NCBI GenBank assembly: GCA_001783335.1
Contig: MFLU01000019.1
Location: forward strand, 1 to 45,507
Direction of reading: 5' to 3'
DNA length: 45,507 nucleotides
From: Candidatus Kaiserbacteria bacterium RIFCSPLOWO2_01_FULL_50_24
GTDB lineage: Bacteria; Patescibacteriota; Minisyncoccia; Phycocordibacterales; UBA2100
Every line of letters starts with the position of its first letter. Positions within the stretch are counted from its first letter, which is position 1. The position numbers and the translations under genes were made by a program. Shown piece after piece: positions 35,508 through 44,559 of this stretch. The notes beneath the pieces are model-generated. The model did no database searches. It had not been told where the DNA came from and saw nothing but the letters and a program-made list of their open reading frames with translations.

Positions 35508-38500
35508 TTACGCCGGATTCGGCAGGAGCTCATTCCAGGGGAAGGGTTTATCCTTCTCTCCGATGTAGTCCTGCATCACTGTCGGCGTCAAATGGACAAC
35601 GTGAATTGGTCCGGAGTCCGGTCCCTCAATTGGTAGACCGATGAAGGCGACGCCGGAATTATTCTCCGGCAGTCCGCCAGCGAGTTCCGCGAACGAGTCC
35701 GTATGCGTTGCAGCCGGTCCCATCACGTAGAGGTCGCCCCCCGCGAAACACGTCGCGCAGAAGTGCTTGTCTCCCGTTATATGTACGACGGGCATGTTGT
35801 TGAGCATGGTTGAAGGATTGCCGCGTCTGCGGTTCACCTGCACCCAGCCGTGAAGCACGTCAAGCCAACTGTCCCGTTTCGGGGGCGTGTTGGCGAAGTG
35901 CAAGCCGTAGGTGAACTTGTTGTCCACGCTGACGGTGCCATAGCCGATTGCCTGGTCCTGGAACAGGAAGCCGCGAATGAGCCGCTCCATATCCAGCCCG
36001 GCAAGGTCTGGGTCGTTCTTGAGTCCTTGGCGCAAAAACTCTGCGACCATGAGGCCTTCGTGGAACATGCCGTCTGTCGTTTTCGTCGCGTGATTGCCGG
36101 AACCAAAGTTGATGATTCCGAGATCACGCATGTCGGGAAGGCGCGTATATTCGCTTATGCCGCGCACGATGACGCGGCTTCTATGCGCCCGCACGAGAAT
36201 CGCTTTGAAGACGTCTCGATACGGATTGATTACAGCATCCGTCAATTCAAGCATTTGGCCTGTGAGTAAGTGCGGAACGCGCACCGCAAGTTGTGAGGCG
36301 AGCGCGCGTGTGGTTTCGCGGTAGTGTTCTTGCAACCGCGTGCCGCCCAACGCTTCGGCTTCTTTCAGTCGCGCCGATAGATTCTGTAGTACGCGCGCGG
36401 TTGATTGCTCAATGTAGTGTATGCGCTTTTCCGTGCCGTAGTGGTTTCCGTGGAGAATATCGTCAGCCACGAGGAACATGCCGACATGAGCCGCGCCCGA
36501 TTTATCAATACCCGAGCGTTTCATAAGCTCAAGTGACGCTTCGGTGAGGCCGATTGGTGTGCCGTCGTGGCGAGTGAGGCGAACGCGCATGGCGCCGCCA
36601 ATGTGCGAGTCGGTTGCTTCCATTATCCAAAGCGTCTTTGCAGGCGTCTTAGGAGTCGTACTTTTGCCGATGTCTCGCACCATTTCAGACGTGAGCATTT
36701 TAGAGTCAACGCCGAGATCCGGATGCGTCGTCACAATGAGCATGCCACCGCTGTACATCGGGTCCGATACCGCTTTGGAAACGGCGAGCGGAACGCGCTG
36801 TCCGCGGGTGCGTTCAAGTATAAGGTTACGGTCAATGAGGGTCGGCGCCTCAACAAAGAAGCCCTCCCCGAACATCTTTCCGTCCTTATAGTTTTGCCGC
36901 GCCGTCTTTCTGAAATATACGGATGCGGGATGCATGACGACGGTCATATCAGGCAACATGCCCGCGCGCTGGCTTGGTCCATAGTTGCCAAGCTCCGCAT
37001 AGTAGGCACTGCGGTCGCCGGACGAGACGAATCGAAATATATGTTGGCTCTTGCCGAATTTCATGTATGCGCGACCTTGGTCCACCACCACCGCATTCGG
37101 GATTTTTTCCTCAATTTGCGTGATGAGGTAACTCAACGCGCGGTCGTATATCGTGCGATTCTGTTTCGGGTCAAAGTTCGTTGCGCGAGTACGGGTCTTA
37201 AGTTCCACCGCCTCGTCAAATTCCTTTTGCGCCTCTGCCACGGTGACTTCGGATTCTGCAATCAAACTCGAGTCGTCATCCTTACGCGCTTGGGCAAGAT
37301 TTTTCTTCGCCTCCGTAAGCATCTTGGCGGCATAGCTTGCGGCCGACGATGCTTCCGAGAACTTCTTGTGCTGTTGATACAACAGCTCAAAATACGTCAT
37401 GATGCGCACGATTGCGAGATCATCCGGCGCCAGTACCACATACACAGGCCCCGTGAATTCCGGTTTGCCGGTGGGGCGTATGCTCGCCTTGTACCATCCG
37501 CGAAGAAGCTCTGCGAATCGCTCCGCCGCGGTCATATAGATGGGCTCCATCGTCCCGCTTTCAATGATGCGGCGCGCTTCTTCCTGGTAGTGCTCCGCAA
37601 GCGCTTTCACATCCAGCTTGTTGCCGAGCACGAGGTCTTTCAAGAGGCGATTCGCACCGGTGGTTTTTTGGAACACGACCTCAAATAGGCCGCCGCCAAT
37701 AACCAGCGCGTCGCAATGCATCTTGCGCACTGTGGCGAGGCCGCACCGTACAAGATTTGATGCAATATCCTCCTCAAGGAAGGGAAGGCCGATTTTCGGC
37801 GCCGCGATAGCGGCAATATTGAATTGCACTTTGTCGCTATCGGGAAGCGCATGATAGGGCTTCTCGAATGTCGTTTCCTGCAACTCACGATCTTTTGCAT
37901 CGGTAAACGGCATGCGCAAGATGCCCGGCAGTGAATGTGCGGTCGTTTCTTGCGGCGCGCTCGTTCTGCCGTGCATGTCGTCAAACTTCGCTGCAATCAC
38001 CCACGCGGGTGGAATGCGTTCGCGCGAAATGCGCTTTAGGTCAGCGAGGAATTGATTCGCATCGCGGTCTACTTTGAGCGCCGCGGCAAGAAGTTGCTCG
38101 CGTTTCTCCACGTCAAAGTAGTACTCGTAGAGAAGGTCAAACAAGAGCGGCGTCGTGATGCTCGCACGGTGTTCCTCGGGCGACTTTTCCAGTACCACCT
38201 TTTTGAGAGCATCAATATTTTCCGGCGGCTTTGTGCCGGCCATAACGACGTCAATGATATCGGTAACGATTTGTCGCATCCCATGGAAGCGACTGCGCCG
38301 TTTTTCAAACTCCGGCACGGTGAATCCAAGTTTTGCTACATGGCCAAGAACTCTCTCTGCCGTTTTGAAGCGGTTGAGCGGCACCTTTTTTAGAAGCGCG
38401 GCGGCAAATTCGTCTGGCGACTTGTAGTTGCCGACACGGCGCATCAAGGTTTCAACTACCTCCTTGTCGCGCGCGTTAAGTTCTCTTTTAGAAACCGTCT

Positions 38501-38516
38501 TCTTTTGCCTTGTCAT
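35508..38516 (-). CDS. 1002-aa protein with calcineurin-like metallophosphoesterase domain(s)
   Basis: C-half TDSHIG, ADDILHG, SGNH, LH, GDKH; SD GGAGGT before ATG 38516. Confidence 0.7.
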   Translation of the reverse strand: MTRQKKTVSKRELNARDKEVVETLMRRVGNYKSPDEFAAALLKKVPLNRFKTAERVLGHVAKLGFTVPEFEKRRSRFHGMRQIVTDIIDVVMAGTKPPENIDALKKVVLEKSPEEHRASITTPLLFDLLYEYYFDVEKREQLLAAALKVDRDANQFLADLKRISRERIPPAWVIAAKFDDMHGRTSAPQETTAHSLPGILRMPFTDAKDRELQETTFEKPYHALPDSDKVQFNIAAIAAPKIGLPFLEEDIASNLVRCGLATVRKMHCDALVIGGGLFEVVFQKTTGANRLLKDLVLGNKLDVKALAEHYQEEARRIIESGTMEPIYMTAAERFAELLRGWYKASIRPTGKPEFTGPVYVVLAPDDLAIVRIMTYFELLYQQHKKFSEASSAASYAAKMLTEAKKNLAQARKDDDSSLIAESEVTVAEAQKEFDEAVELKTRTRATNFDPKQNRTIYDRALSYLITQIEEKIPNAVVVDQGRAYMKFGKSQHIFRFVSSGDRSAYYAELGNYGPSQRAGMLPDMTVVMHPASVYFRKTARQNYKDGKMFGEGFFVEAPTLIDRNLILERTRGQRVPLAVSKAVSDPMYSGGMLIVTTHPDLGVDSKMLTSEMVRDIGKSTTPKTPAKTLWIMEATDSHIGGAMRVRLTRHDGTPIGLTEASLELMKRSGIDKSGAAHVGMFLVADDILHGNHYGTEKRIHYIEQSTARVLQNLSARLKEAEALGGTRLQEHYRETTRALASQLAVRVPHLLTGQMLELTDAVINPYRDVFKAILVRAHRSRVIVRGISEYTRLPDMRDLGIINFGSGNHATKTTDGMFHEGLMVAEFLRQGLKNDPDLAGLDMERLIRGFLFQDQAIGYGTVSVDNKFTYGLHFANTPPKRDSWLDVLHGWVQVNRRRGNPSTMLNNMPVVHITGDKHFCATCFAGGDLYVMGPAATHTDSFAELAGGLPENNSGVAFIGLPIEGPDSGPIHVVHLTPTVMQDYIGEKDKPFPWNELLPNPA

Positions 38517-38728
38517 TTTCACCTCCATTGGTGTTTCAAACAACTCTCACTTCTGTCCTCAATGTAGCATCAGAAAACGCGAGTTTATATACGATTTTCT
38601 ATAGCACAACATATCCTTACAGTACGCAAATTCACCCTCCCCCTAACAATCCAAGAGGCGTCGCTTCTTGGATTGTTAGGGGATGAAAATAGCCACAATC
38701 CCGATTTATCGGGATTGCGGCTCTTGTG

Positions 38729-38890
38729 TCACTCCTCGTTTAACCGATCAAGCTCTTTTTCCAACTGTGCGTACGTCATTTGTCCTAGACGTTTTCGCAG
38801 TTCTATGCGTTTCTGCAAATCAAGCCCGCCATTTTTCGCGTGATCAAGGATGTTCTCAATTGCTCGGTATACGTCTGATTTTTCATACAT
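38729..38890 (-). CDS. hypothetical 53-aa helical protein
   Basis: SD GGGGAG; followed by two hairpins (38639..38683 and 38691..38722). Confidence 0.55.
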   Translation of the reverse strand: MYEKSDVYRAIENILDHAKNGGLDLQKRIELRKRLGQMTYAQLEKELDRLNEE

Positions 38891-39006
38891 TGTAGCTCCC
38901 CCATGCTTCCTGTTGTGCATTATACATTGTCACCGTAAGAGTGACAATTGTTGCATGTTGTGGCAGATGGGATACTGGAAACAGAGCATAGGGATGTAAT
39001 TCGGAG

Positions 39007-39717
39007 ATGGCCGTGAAAACACTTGCTGACCTAATGGAGCACCTGTCTCGCGTGTTCGGTCGGCGGCATCGGCTTTACCTTCCGAATGTCGCAGACCGTA
39101 CGTTCGCGCTTTTGTGCGCCGTGGATAACGTCCAAGACGGCGTGCGGAAGGGTGCGTCGAAGCGAGATCTCTCTGCCGCGCTTGCCGAGGCAGTGGCACG
39201 CACATTGTGCTGTGTTGAATCCTACGGAGACATACCTTTTGTAGAAGCACTTGCAGCGAAATACCCCCTTAATAAATGCATCTATTGTCATAAGCGACCG
39301 TGTGAATGCACCGAGAGGCGTGCTCACCACATTCTTGTAAAACCAAACAAGGTGCAGTCCAGCTGGTCGCTCAAGCAATGGTGCGGTTCGTTTCGTGCCA
39401 CGTATGGCAAAAAGAACAAAGAACGAGGCGCATATTATTGTCTCACGCGTCTTTTTGGAGAAGTGGCTGAGTTTGTTGCTTTGCAAATGCCGGGCGCGGA
39501 CAATGGGAGTTCTTCAGAAATACTCGAGCGGGACATTGCTTTTGAGCTCGCCGACATTTTTGCGTGGACCATTGCGGTTGCGAATGTGCTTGACATTGAT
39601 CTTGAAGCTGCCGTTTTGAAGCGCTATGGCAAGGGGTGTAGTGTGTGCAAAAAGGCCGTGTGCGCGTGTACGCATTTTGATATGCACCGCGCTTTGTGGC
39701 ACGTAAAGAAAACTTAA
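39007..39717 (+). CDS. tandem MazG-like NTP pyrophosphohydrolase with two Cys4 motifs
   Basis: LFGEVAE...ELADIFAWTIAVAN..DIDLE; CIYCHKRPCEC and CSVCKKAVCAC. Confidence 0.85.
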   Translation: MAVKTLADLMEHLSRVFGRRHRLYLPNVADRTFALLCAVDNVQDGVRKGASKRDLSAALAEAVARTLCCVESYGDIPFVEALAAKYPLNKCIYCHKRPCECTERRAHHILVKPNKVQSSWSLKQWCGSFRATYGKKNKERGAYYCLTRLFGEVAEFVALQMPGADNGSSSEILERDIAFELADIFAWTIAVANVLDIDLEAAVLKRYGKGCSVCKKAVCACTHFDMHRALWHVKKT

Positions 39718-39810
39718 CCCCCGTTCCTGAATGAGAGTGGGGGATTTGTTTTGCGGAGTTATTGGTCTGCAATATCCCACAGTCTACTGTGGGTATGTAT
39801 CGACGGAGGT

Positions 39811-39861
39811 GGTATATAGGGCAAATTAGGGCAAATCGTGCCCTAATTTGCCCTATATACC
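39811..39861. repeat. perfect 23-bp stem hairpin
   Basis: GGTATATAGGGCAAATTAGGGCA-aatcg-TGCCCTAATTTGCCCTATATACC. Confidence 0.85.
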
Positions 39862-39945
39862 GATAATTCTGTTGCATTTCAAAAGAGAATTTTCACGCCA
39901 TCATTCTTTAAATACTTACGTGGTGTATAAAAAAATTCTGTGAAG

Positions 39946-42900
39946 TTACCGAAGGCTTCTAAAGTAGTCAACCGATCTCTCGAGTCTTAAGATATCGGGG
40001 TTGACCGGAGGAGAAGAGACTTGCGGCGCGCTAATTCTAATATCGTTGAGCCATTGAGTTACCGCTTCGGTTCTAGAAAGCGCAGGGTCAGTCGGAAATT
40101 GCGGTGTGTTCGCGCTTACTCTTGAAAAGTTAATCGGAAGAGGTGGGGCGCTCCCTATTGGTTCAGCTCCTAAAACCGGTGCCTTAGCAATACGGCCAGT
40201 ATCCACGCTCCTCCACTGCGTCCCGGTCAGCCTTGGGTCGAAGTATACGCGCGATGTTCCATCTGCGGACAGAAACAGAGTGCGAGAGCCGTCTGTAGGC
40301 AGTGAAGTAGAAAGGGGTGGTCTTACGGTAATGGATTCCGCGCGGAAAGGAACGCCAATGGGCGAAACAGAATGTGGTCGAATAGGAGGTACAATACTGG
40401 GCTGGGGCGTTAAAAGACTAGGTGGTTCAATACGGGTGCTAATGCCGGTAGTGCTTCGGGGAGAAGCGCCAATAACAGCCGAGGGTCGAGAGACTACAAT
40501 GTTTGTGCCGGGAAACGCTAGTCCGGAACCAAGTTTCCACATGCCAACGCCGATAGGTGTCATAACGCCTACATCTGTTAGAGTTCGCCACTCGTTTCCA
40601 TATGGGTCAATCGCATCTATAAGTTCCTGCTCAGCACTGGGTGCAAAGCCGAGGAAGCCGATCTTTCCAAGTAAATTCTGGCTACTTTCCGCGATTACAC
40701 CTGCGGTTTTTGCAAGAGCCCATGATGATCCGTCCCATAAGACCTTCCCAAACTCAAGAGGATTAGAGATATTGTCTGTTTGAATAGCAGCCCCTATCGT
40801 GTCAGCATCTGTATTTGCCTTATTAGAGAAACTCGAAAATGCTTCCGAAAGTGCCCCACTCTCCGTCTGCCCTTGTTTCATCCGTTCTATCACTTGTTGC
40901 AAGTCTGGGTTTGGATTACCTGCCTGATACAGTGCGTAATTCTGATCGATTGCTCTCAATCGGTCCTGTGATTCACTAAGTAGCGTTCTCGCTATCATTT
41001 CTTGAGGGGGATTCGCACTTCTTGCCAGAAGGTCTTGCGCATAGGCGATTTGTGCCTGCGAATTTTCTCTAGCCCGCTCGAACGTTCCCTTTACGTGCAC
41101 GTCGACTTCCTCGGGATGTAAACTAATCACTCCGTTTGAAGCTGGAAGCGGTGCACCAAGCGTGCTTTGCCCACTCGCGATTTGTTGGTCCATAAATTTG
41201 AGCGTGGTCTGGTAGTTGTACTTAAGGTAAGAGTCGGCTTCCGCTGCAGTTTTACTATTCTTACGCCCATCCGAGGCCAACGTGTCTACATACGTTGATA
41301 TTTGTGCATCAGACTGACCCGAAACGAGCATGGCGTGTTCAATTCCTGCCACCGTAGGGCTTTGTCGTATGTATGTGTCCATCCCTTGCTCTTGCACGCG
41401 CTGCGCATAGGCCGCGTTTCCTCTAATGATCTGTCGCGCGGTGATGTCCTCCGAGAGTTGCTTATCCACCCCGCTCAAATATTCGTATATATCTGCTTGT
41501 GTTCTTCCCTCTGTTTTCATATCTTGAATATAGGAAGTTAGTTGACTTTTGTAGTCAGAAGCGTCCGTAGGGCCGACACCTGGAATTGTCTGCAGAGTCT
41601 GCAGTTTAGTATCGATATTCTCTAACGAGTATGAACCTGCCTGAGCATATAAGCGCTCAGAAGCGGCCTTATTTGCCCGAGCTCGTTGCTCCGCCTGTGC
41701 TGCCGCGTACGTGGCGAGATCGTTTAGGCTCGCAATCTCCGCTTTTCTTATTCTGTCTTGTTGAGCGAATTTGTACATGTCGTCGTAGTTATCCTGCAAG
41801 TACGCGTCCATGTCTGCCTGTGTTTCCGTGCCCCACGCTCCGGTAGAAACCAGTTGTTTGACGTATGTTGACACCTCTGTATCTGTTCTCCCAACATCTC
41901 GTAGCAAGTCTCCGATCTGTTGCGTTGTCCGGCTGTTTTCTAGGTACGTGGTCCGTTGGGTGAAATCCGCGAGACCTTGCAAACGATTAGTTGTTGCAGT
42001 ATTCACCCGTGCCTGATCATACGGCGGTGCCAAATCTGTGCTCTCTATTTTGCCTTGTGTTGTTTGAGAGGAGGGCTTGGTTGTTGCATCTTGCGTCAGA
42101 AAATCAACCTTTTCTCCTCGCCCATATACCAGAGGAGCGTCACCGTCAACTGCCTGACGGAGAGAGATCGGTAATTGCTCTCTTGTCAGTATGCCATTTT
42201 GGTCAGCTTGTAGATTTTTAAAGTATGAGCACGAATGGTCGTCGGAGGCACTAACATAAGAACATACATTGCCGGTTACGTTATATACCGTTTGTTCTGT
42301 TTCTCCGCGCGTCAAGCCTTTGAAGTATGTGTCGAAGTCGTTAAGCGTGGCTCCTTCGGCAAAAGAAGGGATTTTAAGCTCGTTTTCCTGCATAACAGGA
42401 GAAGAATCTAATTTTGACAAGATCGGGATGTCGGTGTCCGTCACATCCAAAGTTCGAACGCGTAATTGATCCGTCGCGTAACCAGTGGTAGTAATATTTT
42501 TGATCAACTTTTGTGAACAGGCTCCGAATTCATACGAACCAAACTGACCTGGGCACATATCAAATGCTCCAACGGCTCTGGCCATTTGTTCGCGTGCCGC
42601 ATAGTTGTTCTTGTAACCTCCCAGAGGATTCAATCCAACCGCATCGGCGCAGTCATTCCATGATGTTGGAGAACATTTTTTCGATTCAGCAGTGATGGAC
42701 AGTTTGATAAGCGCGGTTGCTTTTCCCTGGTTATCTAAATTCGATTTGCTGATCTGACGTACGTATTCACAAAGTCCTCGTTTGCACTGCTCCTCCGCCT
42801 GCAATCGAACTTCTGGCGGGAGATTTTCCAATTCATTCTCGCTTAACGTGTTCGGGTTTGGGGCTATCCCAACGTGATCTATTCCCTCATCTTGTGCCGC

Positions 42901-44457
42901 GCGAAAGCTTGGTTGTGCGGCCGCTCCGTCTGTTGTAACGGTTTCTCCGCCTGGCCGGAGCTGTGGAATCGGAACTCCTCCCGCGTATGTTTTGGGAGGT
43001 GCGCCGTCACTCAAGTCAACAACGGTGTCACTGCTCGCAACTGGCGCAGCAGGGACAGTAGGGGTAGCAGGGGCAGTGCGCAGGTTTGCAAGTACCTTTG
43101 GATTATCGCGTGCTGGGTTGTAGTTCTCAATGCCAGCGGCTTGTACGATCTTCGCTCGATCTGCCCCGCTGGAGGCACAGTCGGTATATCCGAGTCTTTT
43201 GCAGAAATCGAGTATGGAATTGCCTGTGTAAGAAGATCGAGCCACTTCTCGTATGCGCGCGTCTTCCGGGTCAACCGCCGTCTCAGTTTTTTGGAAGGTA
43301 TCTTTAGGCGGCGTGTACGTGAACGGCGTCAACGAAATTGGCTCGCCAGAACCTTGGCCATAGAGTTTCCCCCAGTCATATTCGGCAATCGCCGTAGCAG
43401 TTTTTTGAACGGTGTCTTTAATCGCAGTCGCAGTCTTTTGAGCAACATTTTTTGCCCCGTCATATATACCGGCAAGGCCGCTTCTCGATTCTTGTATCGT
43501 TTCCGCGCGGGTGTCGATGGGGGGCGCGGGGAAAGTGGACTCTGCCCGCGCGAAATCTATCCTGGACGGAAGATTGTCAGCACTACTTGGTACAAATCTG
43601 CCTGACGGTGGCTCGCCTGCCAACAATCGTTGTTGGTTGTCGTGGAGGAAATCGAGTCGCTCCTGTTTAATTTGTTGCTGTTGTGCGAGCCGCTCAAGTT
43701 CTGCTTCTTGAGAATCACAAACGGGTCCACTCCCACAGACCGAAACAAACTTCTCTATTTTTTCTATTTCTACCTTGCTTTCCTCTACTTGTTGTTCAGT
43801 TTCGTCTATCTCTGTGAATGCGTGTGTCACCGCACTTTGCGTGGCCGGGTCTATTACTCCCGCGTTTGTCAATATCGGAAGCCGATCCTCGGACACAGCT
43901 GCATCGAGCGTCTTTTTCAACCCGGCAAGTCGGGCCGCTGCGATACCGAGCGAACAGTCTATTTTTTGGGGATCTTGTTTTGGCACGATGCCGTCCTGTC
44001 TCGGCACCGTGTAGTATATGGTTCCGGGCGGCGCCTGACCAAGCCAACAGCTCACTTTAGGATCCGGATTCTTCGGATCGCTGCACGAACCCTGAAGGCG
44101 CGGAATGTCACTCGGACATTTTCCACGTTCATTTGGAGTAACGATGATGTACCCCTTCAGTTCCGTTATCGTGTAATTGAATCCCGGCTGACAAGACTGT
44201 ACGAGCCGTCCTATCTTGCTTTTGTCCGTTTGTTCTTGGCGGCACGCATAGTACACGTTGTATACAAGTCCGGTAATGTCCGAAGACTGATTATGCAAAG
44301 GAGGGATATCGTCTTGAAATTGCGGTGGGGTTTCATCTATTATCGCAGCGTTTACCACGGTCGCGAGAAGGATAATACTCGCAAGTATAGAAAAACCTGC
44401 TTGCGCGTAGCGCAGAGGCAAGCCGCAAGAGCATACCTCATTTTGAGGATCGTTCAT
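39946..44457 (-). CDS. large secreted/surface protein, 1503 aa
   Basis: N-terminal hydrophobic signal, Cys-rich domain, coiled coils, internal helical repeats, Pro/Ser-rich tail. Confidence 0.85.
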   Translation of the reverse strand: MNDPQNEVCSCGLPLRYAQAGFSILASIILLATVVNAAIIDETPPQFQDDIPPLHNQSSDITGLVYNVYYACRQEQTDKSKIGRLVQSCQPGFNYTITELKGYIIVTPNERGKCPSDIPRLQGSCSDPKNPDPKVSCWLGQAPPGTIYYTVPRQDGIVPKQDPQKIDCSLGIAAARLAGLKKTLDAAVSEDRLPILTNAGVIDPATQSAVTHAFTEIDETEQQVEESKVEIEKIEKFVSVCGSGPVCDSQEAELERLAQQQQIKQERLDFLHDNQQRLLAGEPPSGRFVPSSADNLPSRIDFARAESTFPAPPIDTRAETIQESRSGLAGIYDGAKNVAQKTATAIKDTVQKTATAIAEYDWGKLYGQGSGEPISLTPFTYTPPKDTFQKTETAVDPEDARIREVARSSYTGNSILDFCKRLGYTDCASSGADRAKIVQAAGIENYNPARDNPKVLANLRTAPATPTVPAAPVASSDTVVDLSDGAPPKTYAGGVPIPQLRPGGETVTTDGAAAQPSFRAAQDEGIDHVGIAPNPNTLSENELENLPPEVRLQAEEQCKRGLCEYVRQISKSNLDNQGKATALIKLSITAESKKCSPTSWNDCADAVGLNPLGGYKNNYAAREQMARAVGAFDMCPGQFGSYEFGACSQKLIKNITTTGYATDQLRVRTLDVTDTDIPILSKLDSSPVMQENELKIPSFAEGATLNDFDTYFKGLTRGETEQTVYNVTGNVCSYVSASDDHSCSYFKNLQADQNGILTREQLPISLRQAVDGDAPLVYGRGEKVDFLTQDATTKPSSQTTQGKIESTDLAPPYDQARVNTATTNRLQGLADFTQRTTYLENSRTTQQIGDLLRDVGRTDTEVSTYVKQLVSTGAWGTETQADMDAYLQDNYDDMYKFAQQDRIRKAEIASLNDLATYAAAQAEQRARANKAASERLYAQAGSYSLENIDTKLQTLQTIPGVGPTDASDYKSQLTSYIQDMKTEGRTQADIYEYLSGVDKQLSEDITARQIIRGNAAYAQRVQEQGMDTYIRQSPTVAGIEHAMLVSGQSDAQISTYVDTLASDGRKNSKTAAEADSYLKYNYQTTLKFMDQQIASGQSTLGAPLPASNGVISLHPEEVDVHVKGTFERARENSQAQIAYAQDLLARSANPPQEMIARTLLSESQDRLRAIDQNYALYQAGNPNPDLQQVIERMKQGQTESGALSEAFSSFSNKANTDADTIGAAIQTDNISNPLEFGKVLWDGSSWALAKTAGVIAESSQNLLGKIGFLGFAPSAEQELIDAIDPYGNEWRTLTDVGVMTPIGVGMWKLGSGLAFPGTNIVVSRPSAVIGASPRSTTGISTRIEPPSLLTPQPSIVPPIRPHSVSPIGVPFRAESITVRPPLSTSLPTDGSRTLFLSADGTSRVYFDPRLTGTQWRSVDTGRIAKAPVLGAEPIGSAPPLPINFSRVSANTPQFPTDPALSRTEAVTQWLNDIRISAPQVSSPPVNPDILRLERSVDYFRSLR

Positions 44458-44559
44458 GCTTCAATTTTACACTTGAAAAGACGCTCACACAATACGCTTT
44501 GGTGTGCGTGAGGTGAAAAACATCACTTAACTTTGTCGGTTCTCTGTTTTTCGAAACTT

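Noticed and set aside
36567-37688. Long antisense ORFs (also 43630..44511, 42874..43605, 40106..40783, 5371..6207)
   Set aside because: Shadows of longer or motif-bearing genes on the opposite strand with no recognisable motifs.
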